Origin: Rhodospirillaceae bacterium
GTDB taxonomy: Bacteria; Pseudomonadota; Alphaproteobacteria; UBA8366; Aestuariispiraceae
Length of the DNA: 64,000 nt
NCBI GenBank assembly: GCA_002709955.1
Contig: PAQY01000018.1
Coordinates: 13,508 to 77,507, forward strand
Direction: 5' to 3'
Numbering within the stretch: the stretch's first letter is position 1; the number at the start of each line of letters is the position of its first letter. Both the position numbers and the translations under genes were made by a program. Shown in pieces: positions 1 to 7,277 of the stretch. The notes under the pieces are model-generated. The model was not told the DNA's origin. It saw only the letters and a program-made list of their open reading frames with translations, and did no database searches.

Positions 1-96
1 TCCAATCAATTTGGCGAGCTTTCGATCTGATCGCACAGAAAGCGCATCTTTAGCGTAATCCAAATAGCTGTCGATGGTTGGCAATGTCGATTTCAT
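1..96 (-). CDS. Phage repressor-like HTH protein, N-terminal 32 aa only (runs off window)
   Basis: Manual translation MKSTLPTIDSYLDYAKDALSVRSDRKLAKLIG; GGAGA RBS upstream; divergent from early genes; resembles Cro/CI-type HTH N-termini; absent from ORF track. Confidence 0.7.
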   Translation of the reverse strand, partial: MKSTLPTIDSYLDYAKDALSVRSDRKLAKLIG

Positions 97-120
97 GGCG
101 GTCTCCTTTGTTAAAAAAAC

Positions 121-139
121 TGTATCGCGTATCGAAACG
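121..139. promoter_or_regulatory. Putative operator O1 (imperfect palindrome)
   Basis: TGTATCG-CGTAT-CGAAACG; right arm 5/7 match to O2. Confidence 0.55.
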
Positions 140-166
140 CGCTTGCAATTGAAAACGAACCATGTA

Positions 167-185
167 TGTATCGTGTCTCGATACA
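167..185. promoter_or_regulatory. Putative operator O2 (perfect 7-5-7 palindrome)
   Basis: TGTATCG-TGTCT-CGATACA between divergent repressor and early genes. Confidence 0.65.
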
Positions 186-241
186 CCAAATACAGTGGTT
201 TCCACGATATGAGGTGTTTTGGCGTCGTTGGGGAAACAAGG

Positions 242-443
242 TTCTGTGTCGCGACAGAAAGAAGACGCTCCCCAGCGTCCGGGTTTTCGGTCATCCCAGC
301 CAGAAAAAACCGTCAAGTTACCCCTCTGAGTTCCTGGACAGTCTCACGGGGGGGATGGTGGCGGAAGCCATACGGCGGGGGAGTGAGGCACAAAACTTTC
401 TCCCCCGTCACCATACGCAAACTGTCCCCTGCGCGGAGCGCGC
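242..443 (+). other. Hairpin-dense non-coding segment (structured leader RNA or replication origin candidate)
   Basis: Stems 242-247/254-259, 264-269/274-279, 336-342/421-427, 355-360/409-414, 376-383/400-407; TGGC-GGAA-GCCA at 359-370. Confidence 0.45.
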
Positions 444-466
444 ATAACCGTTGGGGAGTAAAGAAA

Positions 467-853
467 ATGGCAATTGGTACGATTACACCTACTGAGAAAG
501 ACGGCGTTTTTCGGTTTCGGATCACAACGTTCCATCTCAATCTCTCGGGAATTCTTAAAGTCAATCCGGCCTATGTCGATGATGGGCGCATGAAAATGTC
601 CCATATCGGTCAAGCGCGCGGGTCGCATGGTGAAATTGTCGATGTGTTGGGCGCTGCTCGGTATCGCATTGAAAAGTCTGATGCGGAGTTTCGCGGGGAA
701 AACCTATTCAATCTTTGGTTCACTGATCCTGATTTTCCGACTTGGCGAATGGCTGCCTATCCCCGTCGCGATGATGCGGGCGTTATCTATTGGGATATTC
801 AGCGATCCCAGGACAAGCAGGAAGCAGGGCAGGCCGGGGGGGCGGAACAGTGA
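467..853 (+). CDS. DUF736-like protein, putative ssDNA-binding (128 aa)
   Basis: MAIGTIT start and LWFTDPDFP / YWDIQRS segments resemble DUF736; GGGGAG RBS at 453-458. Confidence 0.55.
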   Translation: MAIGTITPTEKDGVFRFRITTFHLNLSGILKVNPAYVDDGRMKMSHIGQARGSHGEIVDVLGAARYRIEKSDAEFRGENLFNLWFTDPDFPTWRMAAYPRRDDAGVIYWDIQRSQDKQEAGQAGGAEQ

Positions 854-1086
854 AAAACGATGCGGAAATTTTAAGGTTTCGCGTTCAGAAAGAGGGTGGA
901 GGGGTCAGGGTCTCGCCAGTCGGGGCCGATGGAGAATTTAATCCGACCAGCAACGACAACGCGCTTGCGGTTGCGGCTTGGGGCATCGGAGTTTTTCTGG
1001 ATGTCGGCCTTACGCCCGATGAAATCAAGGCAGTAGCCCAAGCAATGCAGCTCGACCAATTGGGCACAGACAATGCAACTGCCTAA
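850..1086 (+). CDS. Phage hypothetical protein (78 aa)
   Basis: GTG start overlapping upstream stop (GTGA). Confidence 0.6.
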   Translation: MKNDAEILRFRVQKEGGGVRVSPVGADGEFNPTSNDNALAVAAWGIGVFLDVGLTPDEIKAVAQAMQLDQLGTDNATA

Positions 1087-1471
1087 AGGACTGCTCACCG
1101 ACATTCCCTACGATCCTGTTGAATACGGGCGGCTGCTGTCCCGGTTCGGATCGTTTGAGGTTATCGACGTGCAGAAATTGGAAAAGATTGGGGAGGATCG
1201 TTTCGGCGATCCTCTCTATCGCTTGTGCCGATGGTACGAAATCCAATCCTCTTGCGGTGATCTGATCCTTGCCGGTGGATTTCCGACGCTGGGATTTGCC
1301 CAGACCGTCGCCAATTATTTCGCACAGTTGCGGGAAATGTATCTCACGCCATCGGCGCTAGAGTTCTGCGAAAGCTTCTGGAAAGAGCAAGAGGAAACCG
1401 GGGACTATTGGGGGCTGACCAAACGTGACGCGCCCGATTGGAACGATGCTTATTATGGGGTGCTGTCATGA
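1073..1471 (+). CDS. Phage hypothetical protein (132 aa)
   Basis: ORF overlapping both neighbours in the early operon. Confidence 0.65.
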   Translation: MQLPKGLLTDIPYDPVEYGRLLSRFGSFEVIDVQKLEKIGEDRFGDPLYRLCRWYEIQSSCGDLILAGGFPTLGFAQTVANYFAQLREMYLTPSALEFCESFWKEQEETGDYWGLTKRDAPDWNDAYYGVLS

Positions 1472-1776
1472 CAACGCCCAAGAGGGGGAAAACCTGCGGA
1501 ACCTGTTATTATTTTGATCCGCAATGCTGGTCTGGATTAGGCGATTGCCATAGAGCGCCGCCCCTCCCGTTTATGCAAATGCTGGATTATTTGACCAAGG
1601 CTTCACTAAAGACAATTGACCCTCAGGAAGCGGCTGCAATCAAAGGGGAAGAATGGGCCCTTTTTTGGCCTGAAGTCAATTTGCACCATGACGGATGCGG
1701 CGAGTACAAGCGGGCCGGTTTGTTCGATTATGGATGGAATTGGGCGCAAGGTTGGCGGTGGCGGTGGAAAAAATGA
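1468..1776 (+). CDS. Cys-motif (metal-binding) phage protein (102 aa)
   Basis: ATGA coupling; CGTC...GDCHRAPP...GCGEY motif. Confidence 0.65.
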   Translation: MTTPKRGKTCGTCYYFDPQCWSGLGDCHRAPPLPFMQMLDYLTKASLKTIDPQEAAAIKGEEWALFWPEVNLHHDGCGEYKRAGLFDYGWNWAQGWRWRWKK

Positions 1777-2963
1777 GCGCCGAAACCCTTGTCAATACGC
1801 AAGCAGAGTTTCCCCCCCCCTCCGAAGGCACAAGGGACCGCCGATATCGTCTCAGGGCGGCTGCGGCAAAGGTAGGATATGGCCGGGTGCGCCGATGCGG
1901 GCGCAAGCGCGTCTCTCTGACAGTCCAGATACGCAATCATGACGGCGTTTGCTCTGCCTCAGGCTTTGAGACGTGCGGGTCTATCTGGTCTTGTCCAGTG
2001 TGTGCCGCAAAAATCTCTGAGGTTCGGCGGCAAGAGGTCCGAAAAGCGATGCTGGGATGCTCTGAGGCGGGCGGGGCGGTCTACATGATGGCGTTTACCG
2101 CCCCCCATTACCGTGGGCAGGGCCTCAGGGGGCTTAAGGACCGAATGGGCCTTGCATGGCGCAAGATGCTATCAGGCGCGCCATGGGGGCGTCTCAGGGG
2201 CGATATGGGCCTTATTGGCTACATCAAGGGGCTAGAAGTCACTCACGGGATTAAAAACGGCTGGCATCCGCATTTTCATATCCTGTTTTTCCTGGAAAAG
2301 CCGCTGACAGAGCAGGAACGGGAAAAATTTGAATGGAAGCTGTTTAATCGATGGGATCAGATTGTCTGTGAGGCTGGGTCTGATCCGTGTAATTTCGCTG
2401 TTTTTAAATTGGAACAGGCGCACACGCCGGAAGCCGCTGGCGATTATGTCGCTAAATTCGGTTCTGATTATGAAATCACTCACTTGCATACCAAGGCGGC
2501 AAAGGGCGGCGGGCGATCACCTTGGGCGCTTCTGGACCTGTCGGCAAAGGGATATCAAGAAGCGGGTAAACGGTTTGGGGAATATTCGCGGGCGATGTTT
2601 GGCGCACGTCAATTGACGTGGAGCAAGGGCCTAAAGGATCTGTACCGCGTCTCTGATCCCTCGGATGAGGACGTAGCGGAAACCAATCACGGTGACGTGG
2701 TTATCACCCTTGACGGCAAGGAAGTGGATGAAGTCCAGCGGGCCGGATACCGCTGTTTTCTTGCCATGCTACGGGCTGCGGAAACTGGCGGGGCGGTGGC
2801 AGTGCGGGCTTTCCTGCGCGATTTCGGGCTTGGGCGACGGTCTGATGATCTTAGGGCTTTTCGGTCGCAATACTACGGAGAAACAGACAATGACGACAAA
2901 GGCGAATTCGCTGGTCGTGCGCCTGCATCCAAGCGGGACATGGCGGTACATGGGGTTCACTGA
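1773..2963 (+). CDS. rep: HUH rolling-circle replication initiator (Rep_1-like, 396 aa)
   Basis: CGSIWSCPVC, motif I MAFTAPH, motif II GWHPHFHIL, motif III DYVAK with catalytic Tyr; ATGA coupling. Confidence 0.92.
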   Translation: MSAETLVNTQAEFPPPSEGTRDRRYRLRAAAAKVGYGRVRRCGRKRVSLTVQIRNHDGVCSASGFETCGSIWSCPVCAAKISEVRRQEVRKAMLGCSEAGGAVYMMAFTAPHYRGQGLRGLKDRMGLAWRKMLSGAPWGRLRGDMGLIGYIKGLEVTHGIKNGWHPHFHILFFLEKPLTEQEREKFEWKLFNRWDQIVCEAGSDPCNFAVFKLEQAHTPEAAGDYVAKFGSDYEITHLHTKAAKGGGRSPWALLDLSAKGYQEAGKRFGEYSRAMFGARQLTWSKGLKDLYRVSDPSDEDVAETNHGDVVITLDGKEVDEVQRAGYRCFLAMLRAAETGGAVAVRAFLRDFGLGRRSDDLRAFRSQYYGETDNDDKGEFAGRAPASKRDMAVHGVH

Positions 2964-3087
2964 GCAAGGCGCTATTGCTTGGTATCAGGACGCGAAACAG
3001 GCTGAGGCGTATTTCGCTGATGATGCTCACAAACTCGCAAATCTGTACAGCAAGCGCGGCTGGGATATGCACGTAAGGACGGTGTGA
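2890..3087 (+). CDS. Small hypothetical protein overlapping the rep 3' end (65 aa)
   Basis: GGAG RBS at 2877-2880; stop 1 nt before the next ATG. Confidence 0.55.
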   Translation: MTTKANSLVVRLHPSGTWRYMGFTEQGAIAWYQDAKQAEAYFADDAHKLANLYSKRGWDMHVRTV

Positions 3088-3088
3088 T

Positions 3089-3442
3089 ATGGCTAAACAG
3101 GACGTGATCGGATATGCGCCGTGTCCCGATCCAAACTGCAAAAACATGGCGGAAATTCGGGTTCGCAGAACGAAAAGCGGGCCGGGGAATATTTATATCA
3201 TTCATGACTATTCCCCGCCTCAGCGCGGCTGTGGATCGAGCCAAAATTTGACCAATTGGGACCAGCATACCGCGCCTGATTGGCCGGGGTTTGTGCCACT
3301 GGCTAAGAAACCAGAGCCTAAGGCTTCAATTCCTAAGGAAACAAAGCCTCAGGAACCGGAATCTAATGCAGCCAATCCTAAGGAAACGAAACCGAAGGTG
3401 AGCCTTGCGCGGCGCATCTGGGACGGGGGCGATGATGACTGA
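3089..3442 (+). CDS. Zn-ribbon putative transcription regulator (PM2 P14-like position) with PKxxx repeat tail
   Basis: CPDPNC...H...GCG motif; located between rep and ATPase, as PM2 gene XIV. Confidence 0.6.
   Translation: MAKQDVIGYAPCPDPNCKNMAEIRVRRTKSGPGNIYIIHDYSPPQRGCGSSQNLTNWDQHTAPDWPGFVPLAKKPEPKASIPKETKPQEPESNAANPKETKPKVSLARRIWDGGDDD
3302..3398. repeat. 15-bp-period array of CCTNAGG-like heptamers
   Basis: GCTAAGA 3302, CCTAAGG 3317, CCTAAGG 3332, CCTCAGG 3347, TCTAATG 3362, CCTAAGG 3377, CCGAAGG 3392. Confidence 0.8.
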
Positions 3443-3950
3443 GGAAAAAGACCCTTACATCGGGGACCTGGACGATGTGACCTGGGATGCTGCCAAAGAT
3501 GATTTCAGCTATGGGCAGCAAGAAATCCCTAAAGAGGTTCGGGACGAATTCCCGGAAATCGGCGCGCAACAAGGCGGCATGGAACGGGAGGAATTCGACC
3601 GGATTGTCGGGACAGATCGATTTTCGGCTCACGTCGCCAAGCTGCTGAATTGGAACGCCAAAATTCAGGGCGTACCGGAGGCCCGCATAGATGCAAGCGA
3701 TCAAGGTTTTAATGCTGCTATGGAGGTCGTTTATCGCCGCCTCTTGGATGGGCCGGGGCGCTATTTGCTGCCTTACCTTACTAACCGCGATCTTATCGAT
3801 CTATGGATGGTTTCAACGTGGGCTGTCCCGTATGCGATCCGGTTTCGCAAGGCGATTGCGGCGCGGAAAAAGGCGGCGCGCGCACAGGCGATGGCACAAC
3901 ACAAGGCGAAAGAGCCTGAGCAAAAAGGGGCTGATGAAAATGTCAACTGA
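3432..3950 (+). CDS. Phage hypothetical protein preceding the ATPase (172 aa)
   Basis: Overlaps both neighbours; acidic N-terminus, hydrophobic segment and basic tail. Confidence 0.7.
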   Translation: MMTEEKDPYIGDLDDVTWDAAKDDFSYGQQEIPKEVRDEFPEIGAQQGGMEREEFDRIVGTDRFSAHVAKLLNWNAKIQGVPEARIDASDQGFNAAMEVVYRRLLDGPGRYLLPYLTNRDLIDLWMVSTWAVPYAIRFRKAIAARKKAARAQAMAQHKAKEPEQKGADENVN

Positions 3951-4587
3951 TGGCAAGCGGATTTTTATTGCAGGATCGGCGGGGTCCGGCAAATCAGTGT
4001 TAGCGCGGTCGCTGGTCGCGGATCGGCCAAGGGTTATAATCTTTGACCCAAAAAATGAAGTGCATTGGCAGGACGGCGCGGAACGCATTCACCACATGGC
4101 ACAGTTTAAGACCTTCCTGGGAGATATGCGCGATGGCGCTTTCCGGGTCTATTATCAGCCTGAAACAGGGCGCGAAATCGAGCGACTGTCGAGCCTGTCA
4201 ACCCTGCTGATGAAGTTCCAGGCGGGGCACAATGCAGGCAAGATTGAACGCCCGATCACATTGATTGTGGAGGAAATGGCGGCGGCTGCGCCTTTGTCCA
4301 TCCCGCCAAAACATACGGGCTTCCCACAACTGATCCGAATGGGCCGGTCCTATGGGATATCAGTGGTCGGGATTGCGCAACGTCCAGCCGAAGTGTCGCC
4401 AACATTCCGGGGTAATCTGAATGCGGCTTTTGCATTCCGGTTCTCATTCAAGAATGACCGTCAAGCCATCGCCTATGCGATGCAAGATGAAGCCGTTGAA
4501 CAGGCTGTCCAGGACTTGCCGGAATTTCATTATCTCGCCTTTGACGGTCGCAGTTGGTCAAAATGCGATCCGGTTCCGCTGACATAA
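3940..4587 (+). CDS. FtsK/HerA-family genome packaging ATPase (PM2 P9-like, 215 aa)
   Basis: Walker A GSAGSGKS, Walker B TLIVEE, Arg-finger and sensor GRSYGISVVGIAQRP. Confidence 0.92.
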   Translation: MSTDGKRIFIAGSAGSGKSVLARSLVADRPRVIIFDPKNEVHWQDGAERIHHMAQFKTFLGDMRDGAFRVYYQPETGREIERLSSLSTLLMKFQAGHNAGKIERPITLIVEEMAAAAPLSIPPKHTGFPQLIRMGRSYGISVVGIAQRPAEVSPTFRGNLNAAFAFRFSFKNDRQAIAYAMQDEAVEQAVQDLPEFHYLAFDGRSWSKCDPVPLT

Positions 4588-4597
4588 ACCGCCCGAT

Positions 4598-4621
4598 TTC
4601 CTAAGGCTTTGTTTCCTTAGG
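4598..4621. promoter_or_regulatory. CCTAAGG-N8-CCTTAGG palindromic site upstream of the capsid operon
   Basis: Reverse complement is 23/24 identical to 3332-3355. Confidence 0.6.
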
Positions 4622-4721
4622 GTCGATAGACGATTTAAGCAAAGTGCCCTTGTCCTGATCCCATACAGGCGGGGGCATTTTGCTGCCCGTCACGTTTCTA
4701 ATCTCAAACGTGGGTAGGGCG

Positions 4722-4868
4722 ATGAAATTCACTCTTAAAAATCTGGGCGTGATTGCCCTGGGCGTAGCTCTCGGCATGATTGGCCTGAATTACGTTACAA
4801 AATTGGTGCCGGGGGCCGAAGAGTTGGCCTCGGGTGAAAGTTCCTTCTGGGCACGGCTGTTCGGCTAA
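4722..4868 (+). CDS. Small membrane protein preceding MCP (PM2 P7-like position, 48 aa)
   Basis: Single hydrophobic helix LGVIALGVALGMIGLNYV. Confidence 0.7.
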   Translation: MKFTLKNLGVIALGVALGMIGLNYVTKLVPGAEELASGESSFWARLFG

Positions 4869-4881
4869 GGGGAGGCTTTCA

Positions 4882-5751
4882 ATGCCAAAATTTCTGAAAC
4901 GCATGCAGTCTTTCAGTAACGTCGCGCCGTCGTCCATCGCCGTCGCCACGTTGCCGGTCACGAAAAAGTATCACAAGGTCTTGCTGCGGCTGCGGCATGA
5001 TACCAGCGGTTCGGGCGGGGCGGCTGGAACGCTGATGACCCAAGCGAACATGCTGACGCACATTGCCGAAATCCGGTTGCGCGTCACATCGCTATCGTTT
5101 GGCACTCAAACGCTGTGGGAATTGTCGGGCGCTGATTTCATCAAGTGCATCAACAATTTCTACAATATCGACAGTGCGGCGGGCGTTCTGCCTTTGATCT
5201 TTGGTTGTCCGTATTGGAACAACCCGGCGATTGAAGACTATTTCAGCCTGGGCACGCTGGACCTGACCAATGTGGAAATCGAAGTCAAATTCGATAGCAC
5301 CGTTGTCGGGCCGGAATTGGTCGGGTTCGCCTATGAATACAGCGGGCCGAATGAGCCGCTGGGCCGGTTCCTCAAGTACCAGTACACGAACCTGTCAAAC
5401 ACAGCGACGGGCTGGATTGAAGAACCTGACTTGCCTGTTGTCGGTAACGGCATCGGCTTGAAGGCGCTGCACCTATCGACCAATGCAATCGACGAAGTTG
5501 AATTGCGGTCCAATGGTGAAGTGGTTCACGAAGACCTGGCCGAATTCCGGCCTGTCCTTCTGGACCTGAATGCTTTCCGCACCGATGGCCGGACGGAAGA
5601 CGCCAACTATACCCACCTTGACCTTGCCGGGAACAACGCGGCGGACGTGTTCAACATGTCCAATGTTCGGGATTTCCGGGCCAAGTTCAATCGGACGGGA
5701 ACCGGCGCTTTCCGTTGCATCACGGAAACCGTGATCGGCAACGCGGCGTAA
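4882..5751 (+). CDS. Double jelly-roll major capsid protein (PM2 P2-like, 289 aa)
   Basis: FSLGTLDLTNVEIEVKFD, DLPVVGNGIGLKALHL and VRDFRAKF match recalled PM2 P2 segments (FALGTVGLTTCEIKFD, DLPRPVGYRIAAIHI, IQDLRLKI); GGGAGG RBS. Confidence 0.9.
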   Translation: MPKFLKRMQSFSNVAPSSIAVATLPVTKKYHKVLLRLRHDTSGSGGAAGTLMTQANMLTHIAEIRLRVTSLSFGTQTLWELSGADFIKCINNFYNIDSAAGVLPLIFGCPYWNNPAIEDYFSLGTLDLTNVEIEVKFDSTVVGPELVGFAYEYSGPNEPLGRFLKYQYTNLSNTATGWIEEPDLPVVGNGIGLKALHLSTNAIDEVELRSNGEVVHEDLAEFRPVLLDLNAFRTDGRTEDANYTHLDLAGNNAADVFNMSNVRDFRAKFNRTGTGAFRCITETVIGNAA

Positions 5752-5766
5752 CTGCGCATGATTCGA

Positions 5767-5794
5767 AGGGTGGCGGGCTACGGCCTGCCACCCT
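5767..5794 (+). other. 12-bp stem with C(UACG)G tetraloop after MCP, no U-tract
   Basis: AGGGTGGCGGGC-TACG-GCCTGCCACCCT. Confidence 0.7.
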
Positions 5795-5809
5795 ATGAGG
5801 AGAAAGATT

Positions 5810-6181
5810 ATGCCTGCTTACAATCCAGGTGGCATTGAAGGGACTTCAACGTCTCAGTCTGCTTTGAACACGGGCACGGGCGGCATTGGTAGCCTGTTTT
5901 CAGACGGGGCCGATTGGCTTTCCAATCAGGTTGACGACATCCTGAACAGTGCCGGGAAAATCTGGACCACGATTTCAACGTACAAACTCTCTGAGGCGCA
6001 ATTGCAGGCGCAACGCGACAAGCTGCGGATGAACCAGGAAGCGTATCAGCCTGTCTCGGCGTCTTCGGCTATCCCGAATATGGGGTCGTTCTTTGGCGGT
6101 CAAAGCCAGATCGGTACGTACCTGATGATCGGCGGGGCAATCTTGCTGGCAATTTGGGGCATCCCAAAGCTTCTGAAATAG
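5810..6181 (+). CDS. Virion membrane protein (PM2 P3-like, 123 aa)
   Basis: First gene after MCP; amphipathic N-half and C-terminal TM helix; GAGGAG RBS. Confidence 0.7.
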   Translation: MPAYNPGGIEGTSTSQSALNTGTGGIGSLFSDGADWLSNQVDDILNSAGKIWTTISTYKLSEAQLQAQRDKLRMNQEAYQPVSASSAIPNMGSFFGGQSQIGTYLMIGGAILLAIWGIPKLLK

Positions 6182-6190
6182 GGGGCGGGC

Positions 6191-6442
6191 ATGGCGGCTC
6201 AAGCTGGCATTAACGTCGATGTACGGGACGCCCTTAAGGGCGGTCCTGCCTATTCCGGGGCTGATGGCTATCAGGGGTCTTACCTGGGGCAAAATTACCA
6301 GGGCGGCTTTGGTGGCTACTACGCGCCGTTTTCCCCTGGGGGATCGGGCGCGTTTGCCAGTGCATCGGGGGAAAGTTCGATCTGGAAATGGTTGATTTTT
6401 GGCGGTGTGGCTTTGTTCGCCTATCGCGTTTGGAAGGGGTGA
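6191..6442 (+). CDS. Gly-rich virion membrane protein (PM2 P8-like, tentative)
   Basis: Gly/Tyr-rich body and C-terminal TM ending WKG. Confidence 0.6.
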   Translation: MAAQAGINVDVRDALKGGPAYSGADGYQGSYLGQNYQGGFGGYYAPFSPGGSGAFASASGESSIWKWLIFGGVALFAYRVWKG

Positions 6443-6445
6443 TCC

Positions 6446-6868
6446 ATGCAACACGATATCCGTTTTTTCCCTGCTGAGTGGTCGCCACAAGTCCAGGCCG
6501 TCATGAATGCCGCAAGCGGCCTGAATGCGGCTTACACGGTCGAAGACTTGCGCCGTGAAGTGTCGCGCGGGGCGTCAAAGCTTATGCAGGTTGTCCAGGT
6601 CATGCAGGACGGTTCGCCGATGCTGTTGGGCTATCTGTGCTTCTGGAAAGAGCCGCAAGGCCAGGGCCAGGAATTGGTGATCCATGCCGGGGCCGCGCTG
6701 ACCGATGAGCGAACGACCTTTGCCAAGGTTGCGCCGCATATCAAACGGCTTGCACTGGAAAACGGGTGCCAGTCGATCCGGGCGCATACGGCATCGTCAA
6801 AGCGGTTGGCGATGTTCAAGGCGAATGGCTATCAGATGGTTGAATTTGTTGTCCGGCAATGGGTGTAG
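6446..6868 (+). CDS. GNAT-fold acyltransferase-like protein
   Basis: LALENGCQSIRAHT...MFKANGY resembles the GNAT C-terminal motif. Confidence 0.6.
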   Translation: MQHDIRFFPAEWSPQVQAVMNAASGLNAAYTVEDLRREVSRGASKLMQVVQVMQDGSPMLLGYLCFWKEPQGQGQELVIHAGAALTDERTTFAKVAPHIKRLALENGCQSIRAHTASSKRLAMFKANGYQMVEFVVRQWV

Positions 6869-6871
6869 GTC

Positions 6872-7273
6872 ATGGGCGGCAGTTCATCCAGTTCATCCAG
6901 CCAGACCCAGACGACGGACAACAGTCAGAAAACGTATATCGATGATACGCGGGCGGCTGTTTATGACCAGGGCGTAGCGATCACGGGGACAACGGGCGCG
7001 ATCACCTATTCCGATTTGTCGCCTGAGGTCGCAGCCGAATTGCGTAAGGCGGGGGAGGCGGGTTTTGACCTGTCGGCGGATGTTCTGAAACTCGGTTTCG
7101 ATTTCGCCAATCAGGCGAATAAGTCCGTCCAGGAATTGGCGGGCACGGTGTCGGCGGTCGCGAAAGAGGCGACGGAGGAAGACGCCAAGCAATTCCTGAC
7201 CGATTTTGTCAAGTGGGGGCTGTTAGCCTCGGTGTCGGTTGCGGCGCTGTTTTTCTGGTCTAAGAAAGGCTGA
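6872..7273 (+). CDS. Virion membrane protein with MGGSSSS N-terminus (PM2 P10-like, tentative)
   Basis: Ser/Thr-rich N-terminus, helical middle, C-terminal TM ending KKG. Confidence 0.65.
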   Translation: MGGSSSSSSSQTQTTDNSQKTYIDDTRAAVYDQGVAITGTTGAITYSDLSPEVAAELRKAGEAGFDLSADVLKLGFDFANQANKSVQELAGTVSAVAKEATEEDAKQFLTDFVKWGLLASVSVAALFFWSKKG

Positions 7274-7277
7274 TCGA

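Noticed and set aside
74-466. N-terminal extension of the 259-aa ORF 74..853
   Set aside because: Runs across the operators and hairpin region and overlaps the divergent repressor; a good RBS supports the ATG at 467
1773-3087. pC194-type nick site (CTTGATA) for the Rep
   Set aside because: Motif not seen in the prophage by eye; origin left unassigned
3302-3398. CRISPR-like array
   Set aside because: 7-bp units with 8-bp spacers inside a CDS and no cas genes
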